From positions 1,006 to 65,005 of the forward strand of contig JAFMBV010000010.1 of assembly GCA_017858255.1 (NCBI GenBank): DNA of 64,000 nt, in the 5' to 3' direction. The translations under genes and the position numbers were made by a program. Position 1 is the first letter of the stretch, and every line of letters starts with the position of its first letter. The stretch is from Bacteriovoracaceae bacterium (GTDB taxonomy: Bacteria > Bdellovibrionota > Bacteriovoracia > Bacteriovoracales > Bacteriovoracaceae). Positions 9,000 to 15,894 of the stretch are shown here, one piece after another. The notes under the pieces were generated by a model that was not told where the DNA came from, searched no databases, and saw only the letters and a program-made list of their open reading frames with translations.

Positions 9000-9674
9000 A
9001 TGTTCCCAAATATTAGGTCTCAAAATTTAATTTTTAAAACACTCTCAAGTATTTCCCTGATCTTTATTCTAAGTGGCTGTGGAAACTATGAAGAGTTTAA
9101 AGAGGACCCTTCCACCTTATTTTCAAGAGTGTCCCCTTCACAGGGGCTCACCTTCTCTGAAATAAAGTCTCAAGTTCTAACCCCGAAGTGTATTCGCTGC
9201 CACCCGGGTTATGAAGACTACCAAACTGTGATTAATAGTATTGATTCTATTGCGGCCCAAGTAAGAAGTGATCGCATGCCAAAAGATGGACCGATGGGAG
9301 CAGAACTTAAAGGTCTACTTTTTAGTTGGATAGCAGCTGGCACTCCTCAAGGGGATGTCATACCCGTAAGGCCCTCTCCAAGTGATGAGCTCGCCCCAAA
9401 TTACGAGAGTATTGCTAAGAATATTTTAGGGAAAAAATGTGTTGTCTGCCACAACCCTAAAGGTCAGGTTCCCTTTCTCGATTTCTCTACAAGAGAGTCC
9501 ATTTGGAAGAAAAGAAAACTACTCTTTAACTTTGAGAAACCCGAGAGTTCTTATATTTTAGAGGTTATTCAAGACCCAGTGGAACCAATGCCGCCAATTA
9601 ATAGCCCCTTTGAGCAGTTGAACCAAGAAGAGATTGATGTCTTAAGAGAATGGATAGGCCTAGGCCTCCCTTAA
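9000..9674 (+). CDS. Lipoprotein with two CXXCH motifs (cytochrome c-like, Planctomycete-type cytochrome c domains)
   Basis: Start moved to the ATG at 9000, which has RBS GAGGTGG. Lipobox 'LSGCG'. 'CIRCH' and 'CVVCH' are each followed by a '(D/E)xMP(K/P)' segment. C-terminal 'EEIDVLREWIGLG' is as in PSCyt1-type domains. Confidence 0.7.
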   Translation: MFPNIRSQNLIFKTLSSISLIFILSGCGNYEEFKEDPSTLFSRVSPSQGLTFSEIKSQVLTPKCIRCHPGYEDYQTVINSIDSIAAQVRSDRMPKDGPMGAELKGLLFSWIAAGTPQGDVIPVRPSPSDELAPNYESIAKNILGKKCVVCHNPKGQVPFLDFSTRESIWKKRKLLFNFEKPESSYILEVIQDPVEPMPPINSPFEQLNQEEIDVLREWIGLGLP

Positions 9675-9691
9675 CAAATGTAGGAGAAGAA

Positions 9692-10237
9692 ATGAAAAAA
9701 CAAATCATCACAATGGTAACAAGTATAATCCTCACACTTTCTTCTGCATGGAGTGCAAGTTATAAAGTCAATCAAGGCGAAGTTGAATTTACGGCAAAGG
9801 GCTTTCCAACCTTTATTACCATTAGTGGCAAAAGTCAGAATGTCTCAGGTGAGCTAGGACTTGTGGGAAAAAAGGCTCAAGGAAAATTTAAGCTGCCTTT
9901 AAATACACTAAAAACCGGCATGGATTTAAGAGACGAGCATATGACCCAAAAGTACCTTGAAGTTGGTAAGTTCCCTGAAGCAACTCTTACACTTAATGAG
10001 TTTGATCTTCGAGACTCTGGTGAGGTTCAAGGTCTTCTAAAACTACATAATGTGGAAAAACCCATACGAATTACTTATGAGAGTGAATTGACGGAAACAG
10101 GCATTATTATAAAAACTGAATTCTCTCTCCAATTAAGTGACTATGGTATCGACATTCCTTCCTTTCAAGGAATTACTGTTGCAAAAGATATCAAGCTTAG
10201 AGTGGCCTTCAGCACAGGAGGACCGGATGGAAACTAA
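9692..10237 (+). CDS. YceI-like periplasmic polyisoprenoid-binding protein
   Basis: Start moved to the ATG at 9692 (RBS AGGAG at 9682). Signal peptide. 'LKTGMDLRDEHMTQKYLEVGKFPEATL' matches the YceI signature. Confidence 0.85.
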   Translation: MKKQIITMVTSIILTLSSAWSASYKVNQGEVEFTAKGFPTFITISGKSQNVSGELGLVGKKAQGKFKLPLNTLKTGMDLRDEHMTQKYLEVGKFPEATLTLNEFDLRDSGEVQGLLKLHNVEKPIRITYESELTETGIIIKTEFSLQLSDYGIDIPSFQGITVAKDIKLRVAFSTGGPDGN

Positions 10238-11360
10238 GACAGGCCTGCTCTTTGCCCTAGCGATTTTAATCTTTGTTTTAACAGCACCAACATTCGCCTA
10301 TGTTGAGAATGTTACGAATGGTTATCCTAATTGCATGGCCTGTCATATTAACCCGACAGGTGGTGGCATCTTAACTGACTATGGTCGCTCTTTATCTAGT
10401 GAATTAATGTCGACGATTAAGACGAAGAATTTTCAGGATCCCTTTTTTGGACTTGTTAAAAATAGTAACAGAGTAAAGTGGGGAGGGCATGTTAGAACTA
10501 TTCAAACTCGTTTTGAAAATAATCAGATAAAAAGAGGCACTGGCTTCATCATGCAAAAAAATATAGAGACTGCTGTTTATGTCCAAGATTTTATTTTTGT
10601 AGGTTCTGTGGGAACAAAAGAAGGACCCAAGGAAAGAAATCCAGAAAAAGGAGACTTTATTTCTGAACGTCACTTTGCTCTCTACCAAGCAGATAATACC
10701 GTCAGAGTTAAAGTTGGTAAATTTCGCCAAAACTATGGTCTTAATGATCCCAATCATACACGCTTTACAAAAAGAGATTTAGGGTTTGGTTCATATTCTG
10801 AAACATATCAATTAGAAGTTTTTAAGATGCTAGAAAATGGAGAAGGAATTCTTTCAACTAGTCTTGGTCGCCTTGATCTTCCAAGAGACCAACGCGAAAA
10901 AAATATAATGGGTCAGTGGACCCATTATCTAAATGGGAAAAGCCGTCTATCAGGAAATATACTTTTAGGAGAAAGTTCGACTGCCAGAAGGTCACTATAT
11001 GGAATCAACGGTGTATTACCCATTTTTAATAAGAATAATATATTTCGCTTTCAACTTGATTACCAGGTAAATGAGGCGATAACGACAGGCCCTAGGACGG
11101 CAAAGACCAGAGGGATATACGGTAATGTCCAAATTGGTCGCAAGTTATTTAACGGGTTCTTTCCCTACTTGGTTTACGAACACAAGCAAACAGATTTGGA
11201 TCAAAGTCGCCTTAGTATGACAACCTCTCCAGGCCTTGGGTTTCAGTTCTTTCCCATTGCTCACTTTGAAGTTCAGGTGGAACATCAGTATCGAACCAAT
11301 CTTATTCAAAAAGATAACCCTGAACATAGAACTTTTGCAGTCCTACACGTTTATCTGTGA
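10227..11360 (+). CDS. Exported beta-rich (porin-like) protein with an N-terminal CXXCH motif
   Basis: Start moved to the ATG at 10227 (RBS AGGAGG), overlapping the yceI stop by 11 nt. Signal or anchor 'LLFALAILIFVLTAPTFA', then 'NGYPNCMACHINPTGGGILTDYGR'. The rest alternates hydrophobic and polar residues. Confidence 0.6.
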   Translation: METKTGLLFALAILIFVLTAPTFAYVENVTNGYPNCMACHINPTGGGILTDYGRSLSSELMSTIKTKNFQDPFFGLVKNSNRVKWGGHVRTIQTRFENNQIKRGTGFIMQKNIETAVYVQDFIFVGSVGTKEGPKERNPEKGDFISERHFALYQADNTVRVKVGKFRQNYGLNDPNHTRFTKRDLGFGSYSETYQLEVFKMLENGEGILSTSLGRLDLPRDQREKNIMGQWTHYLNGKSRLSGNILLGESSTARRSLYGINGVLPIFNKNNIFRFQLDYQVNEAITTGPRTAKTRGIYGNVQIGRKLFNGFFPYLVYEHKQTDLDQSRLSMTTSPGLGFQFFPIAHFEVQVEHQYRTNLIQKDNPEHRTFAVLHVYL

Positions 11361-11383
11361 CGAACTTTTGATAAGACCAGATA

Positions 11384-11472
11384 CTTTGTGGTTAGTTTTA
11401 AGGTCTCCCTAACCACAAAGCTTACCTTTCAAAACGGTCCATATACTCGCTTAATTAAGATATATGGACCGT
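11384..11472. repeat. Two tandem perfect 12-bp stem hairpins in the intergenic region
   Basis: CTTTGTGGTTAG/CTAACCACAAAG (11384-11420, 13-nt loop) and ACGGTCCATATA/TATATGGACCGT (11434-11472, 15-nt loop). Neither has a clear U tract. Confidence 0.6.
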
Positions 11473-11576
11473 CATGCATTTTGCTGACCGACTAATTAGT
11501 AGGCAAAAGATCTTATCTAACTCTCTATAATTACATTAAAAACATGGTCTCTAATATGCACTAATAATAGATACCC

Positions 11577-12953
11577 ATGAATATACGTAAAAAAGGCCTA
11601 AGATTTGGCCTTACCCTTCTATTTACTTTTCTTTTATCTGGCCCAATTGGATCGCAAGAACAAAATCCCATACCTGAAAGACTACCAGAGAGACTAGAAG
11701 ATGCGATCATTATTGATGAAGATCGCCTTACCCTCCCCCGTCTTAACGAATCAAGCTTTTATCAACGTATTGATCGAAAAACTCAGAAAATATTAAAGGA
11801 TATGGGCGGTAGCTTTACGGTAGAAGAAAGACACCTCCTTGAAAGGATAAGAGCTAAAGTACTCAAGTTTTTAAAAGAACAGAATCCTTACCACCATGTG
11901 AGAGAGTTATTCGTTAAACATGGCCTAGGAGTTGGGGTTACAGCTGGAATCACAGAGTTTACAACAATAGTGGTACTACCTGCTATCTTCACAGTAGCAG
12001 AAATGCCAGAGCTAGCAGTAATGTCTGCTGCCACTCCAAGTTTTTTGGCCTCAGTACCTGCATATCTTGGTATTAAAACTATGCGCATGAAAAGGAAACT
12101 AGCGAAGAAACTATTCATAGATAATATCGAAGAATTAGATAGTTTAAGAAATAGTATTTTAGGGTACTCCAGTAAAAACCGACTACTCTCTGTGATCATC
12201 GCAAGAAGTAAGAGAGAACTTGAAATTCATGTTATTAAAAGACCATTTTCAAGATTTAAAAACTCTCCAATGGGCAATATTGTAGATATTTCTGAATTAA
12301 AAAGCATCGTTACCCAAAGGGAGGGAGTTGAGGTTGTTGAGCTTATCAAAAAAGCATCCCATGAGGACGATGCACTCTTTGCTCATCTACTATTAAAACA
12401 AATTCAAAGAAATCCTGAAAGCTTCAACCATTTTAACGAACTCATTAAAAAACGCGTAACAGAGTTACCCGTTACTCAACATCAGCTTACCCAGATTCTT
12501 CTTACACATGAAAAAAGGGAAGTAATTAAGTTGAGAAATAACAGAGTAAAAGAAATAAAATCCAGTCTTTTGAAGGAGGCCGAGACAAAAGTGGAAAAGA
12601 CGGTCATTCGTGAGTGGAGTAATTCTCTAATGATTGATCTTCAAAACTTAGATTTCGACATTCAACGCTTTGAATACAATCTACTTAGTCAAATTCATGC
12701 CCAAGGAGACATAAGCAATCTGGATCTAACATCCTCTCATACAAAGGTTGTAGAAAGAATGAAAGAGATTCGTCTTCATTTGGAGAAAGTTCAATCTTGG
12801 ATAGTAGGAGAAGAGAAGCTTGCGAATAATAAAATCATTTTTCGCTTAAAAGAATTCAATCGTCTGTGGCTTCCCTTAGAAGTTAGACTTACCCCGCGTG
12901 GCGATTGTTATAGTTGGATGAAGGCAATCCTCAACCACTCGGGGCACATTTAA
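11577..12953 (+). CDS. Membrane-anchored protein of unknown function with a coiled-coil-like C-terminal half
   Basis: Signal-like N terminus, two hydrophobic segments around 'GVGVTAGITEFTTIVVLPAIF' and 'AVMSAATPSFLASVPAYLGI', then a long charged helical region. Confidence 0.55.
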   Translation: MNIRKKGLRFGLTLLFTFLLSGPIGSQEQNPIPERLPERLEDAIIIDEDRLTLPRLNESSFYQRIDRKTQKILKDMGGSFTVEERHLLERIRAKVLKFLKEQNPYHHVRELFVKHGLGVGVTAGITEFTTIVVLPAIFTVAEMPELAVMSAATPSFLASVPAYLGIKTMRMKRKLAKKLFIDNIEELDSLRNSILGYSSKNRLLSVIIARSKRELEIHVIKRPFSRFKNSPMGNIVDISELKSIVTQREGVEVVELIKKASHEDDALFAHLLLKQIQRNPESFNHFNELIKKRVTELPVTQHQLTQILLTHEKREVIKLRNNRVKEIKSSLLKEAETKVEKTVIREWSNSLMIDLQNLDFDIQRFEYNLLSQIHAQGDISNLDLTSSHTKVVERMKEIRLHLEKVQSWIVGEEKLANNKIIFRLKEFNRLWLPLEVRLTPRGDCYSWMKAILNHSGHI

Positions 12954-13763
12954 TTAGAACCTAGTGTAGTAATCATTCCAAAGTTTTTTGGACTCTTCTT
13001 TTGCGATACAACGACATTTCTTGCTAAGGCCACATCCCCACTCATCTCTGAGTCTTTTCTCAATGGTCTTTAGCGTATAGTCTGGAACTATTGTTAAAGA
13101 AGAATAGGCCTTCTCAATTGTGTTTCTTAATTTATCTGAGATAAAGAATAAACCATCGTGATCAAGAAGCTCTCTCTCGGAGAAGAAGTAAACAACATTA
13201 TCAAGTTGATTAACAGGTAAATCGTTATTCCAAAAAGTTGCATCTGTCATAACATCACGGATATAGATAAAGTTATTAACTAAACCCAACTTCTCCGTAA
13301 GCTCTTTATAGACAATTGCATCCTTTGAAGAATTATCTCCAAAAAGATAGATTGTATCATTTGCACTTGCTGCCTTTAAAATAGCACCAATTGTATTTGT
13401 TTTATATTCGTAAGTATCCCCATCTCCAGGTCGGCGTAGTATTGCTTGTCCTTTTGGAAAGTTGTTTTTATTTAGCCATTTGTCTTGATTAAAAAGAATG
13501 TCAGGAGCTGCTGAAACATAGTGAAATTCTACTTCTTCCCCAAGTTTTTCATAAATAACTTCAAGTTCGTTAAAGAGGTCTCTCATTTCAGGATAAATCT
13601 TCTTTCTAAAGAAGTGATACGCTTGCCCTACTCCCCCATTAGCACTGTTTGCCTTCTTAACCGTGTCATCAATATCGCTAATAACGTAGACTTTTGAGTG
13701 AATAACTTGGGTCGATAGACCAAGAAAAATAAAGAAAATTTTCAATAACTTCGACAATTTCAT
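12954..13763 (-). CDS. Exported App1-like phosphatidate phosphatase (DUF2183/HAD-like DxDxT)
   Basis: RBS GGAGG. Signal peptide. 'YVISDIDDTVKK' (DxDxT nucleophile motif as in App1) and 'LFGDNSSKDAIVY' (App1-like GDxxxxD). Confidence 0.65.
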   Translation of the reverse strand: MKLSKLLKIFFIFLGLSTQVIHSKVYVISDIDDTVKKANSANGGVGQAYHFFRKKIYPEMRDLFNELEVIYEKLGEEVEFHYVSAAPDILFNQDKWLNKNNFPKGQAILRRPGDGDTYEYKTNTIGAILKAASANDTIYLFGDNSSKDAIVYKELTEKLGLVNNFIYIRDVMTDATFWNNDLPVNQLDNVVYFFSERELLDHDGLFFISDKLRNTIEKAYSSLTIVPDYTLKTIEKRLRDEWGCGLSKKCRCIAKEESKKLWNDYYTRF

Positions 13764-13787
13764 AAAGGGTCCTCCAAGGTTTATAAT
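13759..13787 (+). promoter_or_regulatory. Candidate sigma-70-type promoter for the 13870 gene
   Basis: TTCATA, 17 nt, then TATAAT (perfect -10 at 13782-13787). Match made by eye only. Confidence 0.3.
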
Positions 13788-13869
13788 GTTTTACCCACCC
13801 ATGCGCAGAGGGTCAACTTAAACGACTAAATCATTTGTCTTTTTTGTCTTAATTCTTCTTTCACTTAAC

Positions 13870-14475
13870 TTGTCTAAGAACCACAAGCATATTAAGTTGC
13901 TGTTTATGGGTCTAGTATTTCAAACACCAATTGAACTAAATGATTTAGACGACCGCATCAAAGTCGTCGACGAAAGGCTCATATTAAGAACCTATGGCCT
14001 ACCTATGATCTTCTGGGGTTACCTACTCGCGGTATTCGCTGTTCTCTTTTTTATGATCCTTGCCATAAAGGCGCCCCTCATGACGGTCTTAAAAGGTGAT
14101 GATCAGATCAATAGGATTTTGGGTATATGTGTTCTCACCCTTTTTATTGTCGGACCTTCCGCCTTACTGGCCTTCTATTTTTATGAAAAAGAAATATCTA
14201 AAAAAGGTTATCAACTCATAGTTAAACACAAAGTATTCTTCATACCATTTAAAACGCATAGCCTATCTCTTGAGAACCAGGAAATACTGCTAGAGCACTT
14301 TCTAGACTCTCCGAATATGGCAGTCCAAGAACAGCGTGACGGAATGAAAGGTTTTGAAAATCGTGGATATTTTAAATTAATCGCTAAGAATCAATCTGGA
14401 AAAGATATCCTCATCGACCGCAATGGAAGAAGAGGAGAGATGAAGAAATTAAAATCTTTGTTGGATAAGTATTAA
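13870..14475 (+). CDS. Small membrane protein of unknown function
   Basis: ORF with two or three hydrophobic helices ('MIFWGYLLAVFAVLFFMILAI', 'ILGICVLTLFIVGPSALLAFYFY'). The TTG start at 13870 is uncertain, and ATG at 13906 is an alternative. Confidence 0.5.
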   Translation: MSKNHKHIKLLFMGLVFQTPIELNDLDDRIKVVDERLILRTYGLPMIFWGYLLAVFAVLFFMILAIKAPLMTVLKGDDQINRILGICVLTLFIVGPSALLAFYFYEKEISKKGYQLIVKHKVFFIPFKTHSLSLENQEILLEHFLDSPNMAVQEQRDGMKGFENRGYFKLIAKNQSGKDILIDRNGRRGEMKKLKSLLDKY

Positions 14476-15113
14476 GAGTCTTTCTTTGGTTCGTCTTTAT
14501 TAGGTTTTTCAACTTCCACATGGTCATTGTCATTATTGATATCAACCTGCTTACGAGCAAAATCCTCTTTTGAATTTTCAATTTCTTCAAAGTCTGTGCG
14601 AAAGGTTTTTGGCCGTCTATTTCCACCGCTACCACTAGCTTTCGAAGGGTCTTTATCCCTTTCCCAGTGTTTCTGCCAAGAGTTACGTTTTTCTTCTTTT
14701 TCTTTAACAAGGTCGTGACGTTCCTTCTTAATGGCGTCAATTTGCTCACGAGAACGTTTACGGACATTACTCTTTGATGGATTAAATCTCTTCGCTTTAA
14801 TTTTTTCTGCATCAGCACTTTTATCATGAGCAGAAATATCAACTGACACAGGACCAAGTACTTTTGTCTGACAACTTAACCTTTCTTTAGTTATGTGAAA
14901 AACATTACCTATAAGTTGAGTCTCTTCAAAGCTCGGTGGATTCAAGTTATCTACACCTTGAGTTATTTTCACTAAACAATCAGAACAAGTTGCATGTCCA
15001 CCACAACCAGACTTCACATAAATACCCGCTTCACGGCAGGCCTCTAAAAGGTTTTGGTCTTCCCTAATAGAGAGGGTTTGACCGTTACTCAATGTCACAA
15101 GGTGTTCTTTCAT
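14472..15113 (-). CDS. 2Fe-2S ferredoxin domain protein with a long Lys/Glu/Asp-rich C-terminal tail
   Basis: 'SGCGGHATCSDCLV' plus a downstream 'RLSCQT' gives a plant/adrenodoxin-like 2Fe-2S Cys pattern in the first ~95 aa. The remaining ~118 aa are highly charged. Confidence 0.75.
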   Translation of the reverse strand: MKEHLVTLSNGQTLSIREDQNLLEACREAGIYVKSGCGGHATCSDCLVKITQGVDNLNPPSFEETQLIGNVFHITKERLSCQTKVLGPVSVDISAHDKSADAEKIKAKRFNPSKSNVRKRSREQIDAIKKERHDLVKEKEEKRNSWQKHWERDKDPSKASGSGGNRRPKTFRTDFEEIENSKEDFARKQVDINNDNDHVEVEKPNKDEPKKDS

Positions 15114-15116
15114 GTT

Positions 15117-15401
15117 CTATATATGCCTTTTAAGTTTATTTTCAATTGTATCTAAAACTGTCTTTTTAAAGGGTCTTAGCATAAGAGAAAGGTCACATTT
15201 AACCTGCGCTTCTGTTTCCTTAAAAACAAGTTCTAAGGTAAAGCCTTTGCCTGTGGCCTTTAGTCGATATTGGCCGTCATCATAAGCAATATCAGCTTTT
15301 ATCTTCCATTTCGCAATATACTCAGGAGTTATAAGAGAGCACGCCATTTTATAGGCTTCTTCTCTATCCGTTAAGTTTGAATAAGGTACACGTAAGTCCA
15401 C
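15117..15401 (-). CDS. Small conserved-looking protein, possibly of the PHA-granule-region family (PHA_gran_rgn-like)
   Basis: GTG start with RBS AAGGAG. At 94 aa its size and pattern resemble the putative polyhydroxyalkanoic acid system protein family. Weak assignment. Confidence 0.45.
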   Translation of the reverse strand: MDLRVPYSNLTDREEAYKMACSLITPEYIAKWKIKADIAYDDGQYRLKATGKGFTLELVFKETEAQVKCDLSLMLRPFKKTVLDTIENKLKRHI

Positions 15402-15416
15402 GATACTCTCCTTTAT

Positions 15417-15881
15417 CTACTTGGTTCCTGTGGAACCAAAGCCCCCACTCCCACGTTCTGTTTGGGAAAGATCACCTTCGACTATAAAAGATGCTTGGAT
15501 CACAGGGGCCAAAACTAACTGGGCCATCCTCTCACCGTGTTCAACAGTAAAAGCCGATTTACCAAAGTTACCAATGATAATCTTCACTTCACCTCGATAA
15601 TCACTATCAATAGTTCCTGGGCTATTTACCACCAAGAGGTCAGTTTTCAAGCTTAATCCCGAACGGGGACGTACCTGAATTTCAAAACCTTTTGGAATCT
15701 CCATTGCCAATCCAGTAGGCACAAGAACTCGCTCTCCAGGACCAATAACCATACCTTGAGAGCGAATATCTAAGGGCAAAGAGGCACGTATATCCGCACC
15801 TGCTGCCTCTGCCGTTGCATAAGCTGGCAGAGGAAGTTCGGAATCAAAGTGTTCTAAGGTAAGAACTTTTACTGTTTCCAC
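15417..15881 (-). CDS. dut: dUTP diphosphatase
   Basis: 'AAGADIRA', 'NSPGTIDSDYRGEV' and 'ERGSGGFGSTG' are the canonical trimeric dUTPase motifs. Confidence 0.93.
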   Translation of the reverse strand: METVKVLTLEHFDSELPLPAYATAEAAGADIRASLPLDIRSQGMVIGPGERVLVPTGLAMEIPKGFEIQVRPRSGLSLKTDLLVVNSPGTIDSDYRGEVKIIIGNFGKSAFTVEHGERMAQLVLAPVIQASFIVEGDLSQTERGSGGFGSTGTK

Positions 15882-15894
15882 AAGTCGCGCCTTT

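Noticed and set aside
9650-9691. N-terminal extensions proposed by the longest-ORF track: 9650, 10137, 38306, 60397, 18652, 32100, 29871, 51517, 52328 and 59625.
   Set aside because: In each case an internal ATG is preceded by a good Shine-Dalgarno sequence. That start yields a proper signal peptide or the family-typical N terminus. The extensions overlap upstream genes or terminators.
14411-14857. 148-aa Lys-rich ORF on the minus strand, inside the ferredoxin tail region in another frame.
   Set aside because: It is a by-product of the A/G-rich codons that encode the charged tail. It has no RBS and a low-complexity product.
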